A stretch of 62,883 bases of DNA, counting the filler, from Choristocarpus tenellus KU-1152 (lineage: Eukaryota > Protista > Phaeophyceae), in NCBI GenBank assembly GCA_964200185.2. It is 9 parts of 9 records of this genome, joined end to end, with 100 filler letters (N's around TTAATTAATTAA, not from the genome) between each part and the next. Parts side by side here need not be neighbours in the genome. Positions count along the whole stretch, not along the records: positions 18,481 to 27,231 come from CAXNAD020004368.1; positions 27,332 to 44,504 come from CAXNAD020000709.1; 7 more parts are not named here. The stretch is one strand, 5' to 3'. The notes beneath the pieces are model-generated. The model did no database searches and was not told the origin of the DNA. It saw nothing but the letters and a program-made list of their open reading frames with translations. This document shows, in pieces, positions 25,372-36,800 of the stretch. The translations under genes were made by a program, and so were the position numbers. The stretch's first letter is position 1, and each line of letters opens with the position of its first letter.

Positions 25372-26559
25372 ACTACCACTCAAACTTGTAAGATAGATGG
25401 GGTAAATGTCTTGATTGAGAGCCTTAATACTGAACAAATAACAGAGTGTGTGTTGTTTTCTGGTTGCATCAGCCTTACCCTGGAACATACTGATCATAAT
25501 TCAGTCATGATGGTGTTCAGAATTGAGGACGATGTGTGAATTTCATTTGGTGGGTGGAATGAAATTGTAAGGGTGTTGTTACAAGCAACAGACCGAGTAC
25601 AGTCTTGGCGTTTTGGGGTATAGTTTGTCGTGAGCATTATATACTTGGAGTACTTTAAAGTGGGCAAGAATTTGGGTTGTTACTGCCTATGGTTTGGGAT
25701 TAGATAAGGTTGGCAACTATAGCGTCTTTGACCATTTGCCACTTCTTAGCAGGTACTTCCTGGTTCCAAGTGGTAATAAAGAATGGGGTATGACTACGTA
25801 AAGATCCGATACGCAGCGGAAACAATATATGAATGTGTACTATTGGATAGAATCTACTCTAGATTATCTTTTCAACCACACAGCAGGGCTGGGGTTACGG
25901 GTAAGTATTAAATCTGTCTACCATTCACGAAAAAAGTACAATAGGGGACTTTGGGTACTGAGTAGGCCTTACCTGTCCACGACTTGATTTGGTATTTCTC
26001 TCCTTTCCCGAATATCTACATATTGTAGTTCGCTTCTAATAATCCTTTCTCATCAATTTCAAGGACCAAAATCATACACCAAGGTCAAATTCCTACAACC
26101 TAGAACAACAGTAGACGTGGGAGGTGTACTCTTTGAGGCCTTAGGAAGCACTGTCGTCACACCAATATCCTATTGTACGCTTCATTAGTATTTTTTACAG
26201 GTGACGCAACATCGTAAGCAAGTTGGGTAGTTTTCAAGATATTCGGATTGGTTTGGTTTCTTGCAGGTTACGGCATTCGACGAGCACAGATCACCATCGC
26301 ACCCACACCACAGACTAAGGTATCATATTTCTTGTGTCGAATAACCTAGTGTTATCCTTACGTTATCCGTGCTGATCCAAGTAAACAACATAGCTTATAT
26401 GTACGTTGATCTTTAGTTTAGTACAATACAAGGTAGTAACGTACACAGCGGTATGTTATGGTGGGTCAATGAGACACCACAAATGGTATGATGGGACAAT
26501 AGCATTGAGTGGACAATACCCTGCAGACAATTAATAATTCAGTGTGTGCTTTACCATGT

Positions 26560-27035
26560 AATTCAGAAACCAGTCCGGCTGCGCCTCCCTTAGCTAGAGT
26601 TTGTATTAGGCGCTTAAGCGTGTTGAGAAACTTAGATCATCATTGCTTTCCCATCCGTCCTTCCGATGTCATGACGTTCCGCCCGTGGAATGGAAGAGAA
26701 CATCCAAGGCATTCTTGTCTACAGAACTTACCTCCAACTGTGAAGGTACCATTCCATCCATTATTACCTTCAAGTCTTGCCTTCGAGACATTCGAGTCTT
26801 GCCTTGGAGACATTATACGAAGGCAATAATGGACGGAATGGTACCTTCGCAGTTGGAGGGACGTGCTGCGGCCGACAAGAATGCCCTGGATGTCCTCTTC
26901 CATTCCACGGGCGGAACGTCATGACATCGCAAGGACGGTGGGAAAGGAATAATGATGATCTAAGTTTCTCAACACGCTTAAGCGCCTAACACAAACTCTA
27001 GCTAAGGGAGGCGCAGCCGGACTGGTTTTTGAATT
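26560..27035. mobile_element. Foldback element / long palindrome (~210-bp arms)
   Basis: AATTCAGAAACCAGTCCGGCTGCGCCTCCCTTAGCTAGAG... is mirrored by ...CTCTAGCTAAGGGAGGCGCAGCCGGACTGGTTTTTGAATT. The spacer holds two copies of AGTCTTGCCTT.GAGACATT. Confidence 0.9.
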
Positions 27036-27067
27036 GGTACTCTATCACTCACGGCTTCTGATGGGTC

Positions 27068-27231
27068 TCATGATGTTCCGCCCGTGGAATGGTAGAGAAT
27101 ATCCAAGACATTCTTGTCGACCGCACATCCCTCCAACTGTGAAGGTACCATTCCATCCATTGTTGACTTCCAGTCTTGCCTTCGAAACATAAGAGTCTTG
27201 CCTTCGAGACGTTATATCGTATGTTTCGAAG
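27068..27231 (+). repeat. Third, partial copy of the foldback arm plus spacer
   Basis: Direct match to ~26669-26815, running into the contig end. Confidence 0.85.
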
Positions 27232-27331
27232 NNNNNNNNNNNNNNNNNNNNNNNNNNNNNNNNNNNNNNNNNNNNTTAATTAATTAANNNNNNNNNNNNN
27301 NNNNNNNNNNNNNNNNNNNNNNNNNNNNNNN

Positions 27332-27389
27332 CAATCTCGCCAGGTTTATCACCTTTATGTTCTTTGATGATTTTGGGGATACTTTAACA
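27332..27389 (+). repeat. LTR 3' end of the copia family at 15830
   Basis: Matches 15737-15794. Confidence 0.65.
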
Positions 27390-29334
27390 ACTTCTTGTCC
27401 CCACCATCATAACATATCCAAAGTGCGAGTGGACTTAGTAAGAATGCGTAACTACTTAAGATTTTCTTGCTCTTTTTTAGGTTATGTACTTGTTGCGCGG
27501 TTGTTCCTTGTTTCTGGAGGCTACAGGGACCGGCAACGTCATGGAATAGTTGTGTACCCACTTTCCAGTTTAGTCTTTAATTTTCGTTGGGTTTTAAGGT
27601 ATTTCGTCTGGATTAAGTTGAGACAAACACAAAATACATCGTACAGGAGCCAATAATACAGACTGTTTACTGCTGATCATAGTAAAATAATGGTCGCAAA
27701 GCGTGCTGGTCATATTTACACTCGATACCTCTCTAGAGTCGGGATATAGGATTATTGACGTATTTTGAACATCAGCTGGGATGGCAATGGTTGACTTAAT
27801 CCGCAAACTGTACAGGGAACAATGCTCTTTTGTCGATTGAACCCGGGAGAAGATTTGATCCAGCCGTTCTTGGAATGCAAGAAATGGAGTACAGCACAAC
27901 TAGCCGCTTTATCTTAATGAGCTGGTGTTGGGGTCTAAGACCTTATTCCCGCTACACCTGGCTCATAAAATAGTAGGAGTGTGACCGTGATCTCGACAGG
28001 GAGTTCAAGGTGTACCATTTGCCTGGAAGAGGTGAAAATGGACACTGACACACACCCTTGAAGTCGATACCTCTGTGGATTAAAAAATTTACAGCTAAAG
28101 AGCGCGAGCTCCAATCATCATGCTGGGGCGCCAGTCCCAGGGCCCATAATCCACTGAGGATCGATGCCCATATATATATGGTAGGTTTCTCGTGTACAGA
28201 GTTGTGTTAGGGATGTAACAGGTTTCAATTAGTGAAGCTTCTGTATTGCAGGTTTGGGTGTTGAGCATTGTGTCTGGATATGACCCCTTCCGCGGAACCC
28301 ACTTAAATGGTGGTCCATAGACTTGAGGAAGTGGAGAAAGTGGAGCAGACTGCTTGCAGTAACTGCTACATGAATGCATTAACGTAAGGCACAGTTTTTG
28401 CCTAATTTTCGGGTATGAAAAAAAAAATCTTATTTGGGGTAGTAAAATGAAGCCTCTAATTTTTCTCCTCGAAATAAAATAAAAGATGTGGTCATATTTC
28501 ACTGACAGGGAGACGATCTCAGTCTCCTCAAAATTCGAGTCTCAAGACATGTAAGGGGGGGGCTAAATTAGGGAGGCGGAGTCCAATCGATCATCTAATA
28601 TTTTTTCGACCATTCACTACATTTACTGGAGCTACCATCAATAACAATGTGAAGAACAATGATTTAAATGCTATGCTTCATTTCAAGGAGAGGTGTTCAC
28701 GGTGCCAACAGATACTGCCACGTTGTCGTATTTTTCACCACAATCAATTATTTCGGGGGAGAAAGCTATGTCCCAAGGACAATTTGTAGAAGTGGAAGTG
28801 GTAATAATTGAGAGAGGATCCAAGCGTACATCCTGTTGAAAACCTCTTTTCACACTACTTTGTGAAAGAAAGGTGACCAGGACTCAACCGTTTTTGGCCA
28901 ATAAGTGGCAAAATAATCGACCCAATTGGCAGAATCATCTCAGCAGTAGCTTACTTCGTGGACAATGCAACTTCTCAAAGGCGTTCTCAGGAACACCATT
29001 TGTCACATCTTATTACCTCAAGTTTGATATGCATCTGAACACTGGTGTATTGCCAGAACACATTACTATGAGAATCGAATGACACAAATAGATATGTGTG
29101 CATACAACTTCACCCGTTTTGGGGGCCATTTTTCCAGTGAAACAAACACTCCACTCCAACAATACAAACTGGTCTCTTGATCACATTGAGATGCTGAAAC
29201 AATCTCCAGGATCTAGATCAACGACCAAAGCTGTGACACAAAATTACCAATGTGATGCCGTATTTTGCTAGGTGGGTGCAAAAGCACTATTGTCATTGGC
29301 ATTTTTTTCGTTCATCGGGATACATGCTCCAGGC

Positions 29335-29489
29335 TTTGGAGTAGGTAAAATGTGTACGTTATGAAAGGTGTGCCTGGAACAAGGATATTGACACTTCCTA
29401 GCAGACATAGTCAAAATTACATCAAACTTTCAACATTGGATTTTGGCGGCCAAAAGAACGCGACTCTACCCTCTAAGATACTTTGAATC
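29335..29489 (-). mobile_element. MITE family A, copy 7 (truncated)
   Basis: One TIR (TACCCTCTAAGATACTTTGAATC) plus ~130 bp of interior. Confidence 0.85.
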
Positions 29490-30176
29490 TGAGCTGCAAC
29501 ATAGCTAAACAATGCCGCATCTCATCAGTATTTAGAGAAACAGCACATACCTGTCAAAGGAGAAGGTAGGCAAACACACAAACTGGAAAAATGGAGGGAA
29601 TTTACACCATCTGTGGTCCAAAGAGCCTATCAACACACCTGACGTCGTTTATCTTCCTCACAAAAAAACCCAATATATACCGGCAGTAAGAATGAAGCTT
29701 TGTCAATCGAGGATAAAATACGCAATAGATTCCAGAGCAAATATTGGACCATGTTGAAGAGTATATTTCTTGTCTTCGAAAATCCTCAGACAACAAGAAG
29801 TACTGGGCTCTGATCTGGTCTGCACCGCTTCATCCCCAACCGTTACTTTATTCCAGAATATACCCCATGCAGGGAATGCTGTAGTTCCTTGGAGTAGATT
29901 ACCCACCCATCACCTGACTCAGAGAAGAAAGACAAAACAAGAATAGGGTGGGTGAGTTCTTTCTGTATTAACCAGATGGTCAAATTATTCTGACAACTCT
30001 ATTTAAGTGCTACAGATTGGTTCTATCAAAACAACATTTGGTGACAGTGCAAATGATAACAACCAACAAATATACTGGTCCCACCCTAACCGAGGTCATC
30101 TACTACAACTGAGAGTGTGAGGCACATCAGCCAACAAACACCTACTTCTGATTACACTATATACAGCGGGCCATGA

Positions 30177-30295
30177 CCAGGAAAAGTGCACCTACATTAT
30201 CCATCCGACGTATGCAACCAAATCACCCCAGAATCGCGACATGAAAAAATTCATCCCAAATGGACAGCCGCCACTCCCCCCAGATACTTTGAGCC
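30177..30295 (-). mobile_element. MITE family C, partial
   Basis: CCCAAATGGACAGCCGCCACTCCCCCCAGATACTTTGAGCC; reverse of the 4020 and 44605 copies. Confidence 0.85.
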
Positions 30296-30297
30296 AC

Positions 30298-30470
30298 TGT
30301 TTCATTGCTTTGTGTGAACAATAGTGTACGTAAAATTGATATTGCCCCTTTCCACACACAAAGTGACACCACAATTAAGCAAAGGTGATCGTAGTTATAC
30401 AAAGCATACTTTTGCTCTTTCTCGGGATCCTTAGAATGCAACCCTGCCTACCTCTCAATTGGTTTGGCTC
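30298..30470. mobile_element. MITE family D, partial, abutting family C
   Basis: Ends in CCCTGCCTACCTCTCAATTGGTTTGGCTC; the interior matches ~39075-39251. Confidence 0.85.
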
Positions 30471-30741
30471 AAACGTACTCTGTATATACTAGTCTGTTCC
30501 TCCACTGTATTTCCAATCGCAATTCTCTTCGTAATATTGTTCTACTTCAATCGAGTGTAACTTCTCTTGGCTCATATGGTCAATCAGGAAATATTTGCTC
30601 GTAGCACTCAAAATATAAATAATTTTTTTCCGCAGAGCAAGTAGCATGTCCAATGTGGACGGCACAAAGGTGAAAGGAAGAAGAGATAACCGTTTGCATC
30701 AGTATGTACATTGTGTCCCAGAGACAGTTTTATTGCATTGT

Positions 30742-30868
30742 CTAGAAGTTGGATATAAGAACCATATTACCCACATTTTTCCTGTTGCCCTCTTCCTTCC
30801 AAGCACCAGCATGTGTGTCAGGGAGGAGTGATAGGGCCACAGGGATGAACACCAAGCCATGGTAAAGC
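30742..30868 (-). CDS. Patched-related last exon (LYHGLVFIPVALSLLP...)
   Basis: TACTAAC branch point, pyrimidine tract and AAG acceptor; 1-nt phase conflict with the previous exon. Confidence 0.7.
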
Positions 30869-33800
30869 CTTGGCAGGGCGAGAGAGGGGATGAAGGGTCA
30901 CGTAATGTTAGTATCTACCACGTCCACATTGCAAGAAGGGGGCATGCACTTTCGGAGAGTAGTTGTATACCTAGTCTTGAAATATGTTTTAAAAAAGTAA
31001 TCCACGACAATTATGTTGGAACTCTTTGATCTCCCTGCCCTCCCTCCAAGTGTGCTTCATTTCGACTTTAAAACAGAGCAAGTATTTCCATTGCACGGAA
31101 ACCAATCTGGATCTAAAGCATAATATTGTTGGTATACCACATCGAATAGACTTGGGCAGGTGGCTGAACCTCTCTCGATGCTCTGCAGGATTAGAGGTGA
31201 GAAAGACATGATGAAATAAACTATTGGGAGACCCTCTGTACTAGGTTTCTATGTTACTCTCCTCTTCACCATGGTAAGATAGTTGTTCAAAATTATCATG
31301 AATCAAGGAAGCAAATATCCCCTTCATCTACTGGCAAGCGCATGCTGTATAACCTTCGATATTTGTGTCGTACTTTGTGTATGACTCCATGCTACTTAGC
31401 TTTATACATCACCCATACTCATATACTGTAAAAGAAACTTCCCACTCACTCCAAGTGATGCATTGTTGCAAATATTTTTATCTTACTATGATTTACTCAA
31501 TTTTTAGTCTGGAACTTCTTCAGTACCTCCCCTACCTAGCCCCTTAACCCATGGTCAGATGGCCCTGTGCACATTGCACTATTCTTCTACCCTACGAACT
31601 AATTCTTGCACTACAACAAATTGCACTGTCCTGTGCGTGTCTTGAATTTTTATCATGCCTTTGGTTCAGCCGTCCCACTGCTCGTCACTTGGCCCCATCC
31701 CTCGAATTTGGTGTGTACTCTGTCCATCTGTCTGCAACGAATCATTGCCATCATGATCCAGTCCTTTTCGCAGAGCTCGTTTTGTGTTTTAGCGCAAGAT
31801 TGTAAGGTACATACTCTCAAAATGCACTTGCCACCTGGTCATTCAAGTCAATTTCTTGCAATCATGATTTGGCTTCTGCAACTGAGGTTTGAACCCGGGC
31901 ATTCCCATGACGAAATGCGGGTGGACAACCAACTGAGATACATGGCCAACCTCTGGATGGTGATGGTGAAGAGTCACAGGGGACGAATGGAGGGAGTACC
32001 CATCACATTCGAGAGAGGAGGGACGACGCATGGGACGGCTGAACCCAATGCGAGAGAAAAATTCAAGGCATGCACAGGGCAGTGCAATTAGTTGAAGTGC
32101 AACAGCGGGTAGTTTGTAAGGGTAAACGAAATAGCCTAGTGTGCACTACTTCTATCTGACCCCAGGTCAAAGGGCTTGGAGGGGGTGGAGGTAGTGGAGA
32201 GATTTCAGACTAGAGGTGGGCAAAATATAACAATAAATAAATATAAAATGAGCCAAAGCTTTAAAAAGGTAGGGCCACGTCTGTTTGGGATCCAAAATCC
32301 AATGCTGCGATTTTGATGTATTTTGGCTATCGTGTTTGTTAGCAAGTGTCAATATCCTTGCTCTGGACATACCTGTCATAGTCGTACTCTGAAGAGTTTC
32401 GGAGCAGGTAAAATGTGCTCACACACAGAACTGAAAAAGGGCAAAAAGTCCTACCCTCTCAAATGCTTAGGCTCAATAATGTATTTTAGCATGTTAGAAC
32501 TGAGAAAGAGATCATAGTATCAATAGTGAAGGTACTTACTCCAAATCCTGAGATGATTAGGAACATTCGGAAAAACACCCGAAAGATGACATTGCTAGCA
32601 AAAGCCATCGGAAGGATGCCAAGGAGGGTTGTGGCTGCTCCTAGCAACACCGAAGGGCCGACCTCCCCCAGTGCCTCAATAATCTTGTCGTCCTTTGAAG
32701 CTGCAGGATTCTGCCGGCAGGGATTGTGCAAGCCAATGTCTAGTATGTCAGGTTTTGACTGTAGAACTCTACTCGATCAGGCTAACAGCGCAATTCGATG
32801 GTTACGTCCCATGTATAGATGAACGGAAGTGAAAAAATCAATTCTTGCACACGTTCAATGTGAAGTAGTATGGTATCCCCAAGAATGATTTACACCCATA
32901 AAAACAAATCCGTCACCACAACCATCTTGGAGAGAAAAGCGGCACATAATCTCCCTCTTCCGCTGCTTTGCCACCCTGGGCATCGGAATGAAACCTTCTT
33001 GCCAGAATGAAAGGATTGACCATTCTGATACAGGATTGATCAACTCATGATTCAGCGAATGAATCACCCCACCCCCCTTAATGAGGAGAAAACGTGGAAG
33101 TTGGTTAGCATAAAAAAATGGCAGCCTGTTGAAAGATGGTATTGACCATGCAATGATATGTATACATCTCCACGAGAATGGAGAGTAAAAAGGATGTAGG
33201 GCAAGAAGTATGAGGACTCTCCAGCAATTATTCATATTGCATACCTGGTGGAGGTAGAAGTGCAGCACGTGGACCATATAGTCCACCACCAGACCTACTG
33301 CCATGACCAACTCTGAAGGTTGACACAGATCAAAGTAAGGACAGAGATGAGCAAAATGAAAAAGGACACAGATATATTTAAAGGATTTTCAGGCTAGGGC
33401 ATGAAGGTCTCCTAGACTTGTGTATGTCATCCGTGTCCTGCCTATGGGTAGAGAGTAATGTTTTTTAGTGTAATTTATATCTTGTGAGGAAGGTCGATCA
33501 GATACGAAGATTGGTAATTTTTTTCCCCCCTCAAACAATTTCATAAGCAACTATTTTTCCAAATAGACCTCTAACCATCTCACTATTATTGCACATACTC
33601 TGGAGTAAATTGGACGTTCATAAAATAAACTACTGTACTTCATAGTAACTACTAAAGCCCCAGTTTCATTTTAGGATACTTAGAACACGAAAGGGCTACC
33701 AGGGGGAGATAGGTGAATCAATTTCAGTTGCACACACACCTAATGCAGTGATGCTGTTGATATTCAGACCCCAGAAGTAGATGAAGGCTAGCAGCTCGAC

Positions 33801-36800
33801 ATCAATGGCCACCAGCGTGATACATGCTAGTAGGGTGATCTTGAGGTTACCAAGGACGAGACTACTAAGCACAAAGACTGCAACCAGGGCCAGTCCAAAA
33901 TTGGTGAGCAGTTCCTGCACTCTGAAAAATGGTGAGTAGAGCACATGCATAATAGGCATGACAAACATGACAATATGGAAACGTAAAGTGCACAAGTTGA
34001 TGTCAGATGGGTTGAAGGCTATTTTATTCGCAATCAGTCTGATTCCAGCAGTGCTATAGGTCTCTTCAGCATAACTGCCAAATTATCTCAACGTAAGAAG
34101 CTTCATATTGCCACCCCTGGAAGACAGACTCAACTATCTCTAGCCATGGGGTTTGATTCAAATGTTTCAGCCCTACTGTAGAATTGCAGAGTCTCCAGTG
34201 TATGCACATATTAGGTAATACATTTTGCTAAGAAACAGGTCGGAATGTACAGGGGCTGTCATACTAGAGAAAGCAATGCTGAGAAAAACCTCATCCTCTC
34301 ACCACACAACGAATATGGAATCATTGAGTGATGACAATTTTTGGAGTGCTCTTCAAGTCTATCTGGTTTAGAAGAATGATGTGTCATCCCTGGTGATCGA
34401 GTAGTTAACTAGGGGACCATGGAAACTGCATATTCTTTCGTTGTCCTTACAGATGGCCATTCAAATGAAGTAGGACACTGGCACTTATCACACAGCAAAA
34501 GGTTTCAATCCTGCAATCTGTGGCTTACTGAACCCAATGGGACGTTACAAGGCGCTGAACTAGAAAAACAAACCGGCGTGTATGGCAGAGTTTATTAAAG
34601 GTCAGCGCAAAAAGTCGTACCACTACTATGTACAATTTTTATGAAACGGTGTATGCAGAAACGATGTGGGAAAACATGATGACTGATCATTACATCAACT
34701 CCCAAGCTCAGGACATAACTTAATAAGGAGTCCCTAGTTTGCCGATGAGAGGAAAGGAGAACAGGAGGGCACCATAAAAGGTGCTCCGGTGCCAAAACAG
34801 CAGTGTATGCCAAAATACCAGGCCATGAAGGATCGATTCAAGGACTAGGGGCAGTCTCTCTCACATTACAAGGTACTGCTCAGTGAAGATAAACTCGCTG
34901 GTAAATGCGAAGGGCTCTTGGTCAAGCTTGGCATTACCAGTGACATCTCATGCATCCTCAAGAGCATCAATTTTGGTTGGTACAGTGTCTGCATCAACCA
35001 CGAACATATTTGAGCGACTTATCTGATGTTAGAAAGGCACATGAGGGAGAGGAAATATGGACTGAGTTGATTACTATGGTCACAAGTGAACGTGGGGTAT
35101 CTTGTCAGAAGGGATGGTACATTGTAGTACTTAACATCACCCCCACATAATGATAGTAAAGGCAAGTTAAGTGGGTGGGCAGAGCAAGGGTGACTCATCG
35201 AATTGTACTTGCTCACAAACCTTTGGCTGAGATGCTCCGGGTAGCTTGTTGGTTTTTTAGGATCCAACAGGAGATACAAGAGAGGCAAGGGAAAGATGAT
35301 TCCACAAATTTGGTGGACCAAAGATGAGGATTTCATCTTCAAATGAGTAGGTTTCTTTGATAGTTCGTAAAACACTAGTTAACCCAGTAGACATCAGAAA
35401 GTTAAAGTCCAATGTAAGAACACTAGACCTTTACCAACAAAAAAATTATCTGACAGGGTGAGGTGGGCCATTCCTACTTTTTTGTGGTTAGATGCCCATG
35501 CTTTGAAATAAACAAAGTTTCATTACATTCTTATTTTCAATGAAGATGAAAGCAAGGGACACACAAAGACATTAATGGAGGTAACCAAGGATACTGGATT
35601 CCAAGACTATGACGGAATCAATGCGTCGCCTTCATTCAGACCTTAATCCTGAACGTTTGGACTCTGAGGTGAGAAAGTCACTGACTCTGAGGTACAATTA
35701 AATTAAAGTCAGTTCACGTTCATGCATTTGCTAGGTGCATTACTCTGCAGATAGTATCGAGCGCTACACCCTTAAAACTATTCGTACCATCCGAGAGTGA
35801 TTTACATTCTTCTGTTGCTCTCTGAACTGACGTGTTTGGACTCCGGAGTAAGAGGGTTCCTTTTGGCTTGATACTTTTGATTCATATCGGCCCTAATGGA
35901 GGCTATTGTAGTGCTTTGGAAGACACCCCCTGTTTGGGTAGTGCCCTCCAAAAAGATATTTACGCCAACAAATTTCATTCAAATTTCCGCAAATAATGAA
36001 ACGTTTTATTATGTATGGCAAACAATAGAATGAAAGCTCGATTACTTTTTGTTTTTTCTTGCCTTACGGAGTAGGAACGAAATATATATATATATATCTC
36101 GTACACTTCACCCACTATTTTTCTTTTGAAGTTCTCTACAAATAATAGTAACAGCAGGCAAAGGTACCTATGAAAGCAGGTAGAAAATAAAACATGGGGA
36201 GTTGTCTCATAACAATGGGTGGCACTATCCAAACAGGAGGTGCCTCCCAAAGTACTACACTTTTATGACAGTACTTCCTGATATGTAGCCTGAGTGTTCC
36301 TACTATATTTTAAATAATACTTCTAAGTACTGAGTACTTTATATTTCGTGTAGGTGCAGCGGTTCTAGTATCAACTTTTGCGACATTGATACTACCACGA
36401 TGACTCAACATAAATACACATAATAACGGGATTAACCCTATGTTCCAAACCAAATGCAGGGGTTTTATTAATCTACGTACAACTACTCTCACCTCAATGG
36501 CACCATCCACCGCAAACACAATGTCTCCTTTGAATCTCGAGTTTTCCCCATCTGTCAGAAATGCTGCGAGAGCAGTGTAGAAGCTGATCTTGTCTGTGTA
36601 CACTGGATAGTCGCCAGGCATACCTATATTGGCGCTGCAAGGAGAGGGTGTGAAGGCACAATCGATTGCAGTACATTTCTCATTTCGAACTGTTGATCAC
36701 TTCCTCACTTGAACATATTCATGTTGGCATTCTAGATACGTTGAGGGCGGCATGAGTGAAAGTATCTTAGAGGGTACGAATTTTTCCCTGTTTGTCCATT

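Noticed and set aside
29844-29914. Possible extra terminal exon of the Patched-like gene (GDGWVIYSKELQHS..)
   Set aside because: The acceptor and phase are plausible, but there is no conserved sequence to support it.
34948-34950. Alternative genetic code (TGA reassigned)
   Set aside because: Trp is encoded by TGG throughout both host genes and the ARM gene has no in-frame TGA. A single CGA-to-TGA change is simpler.
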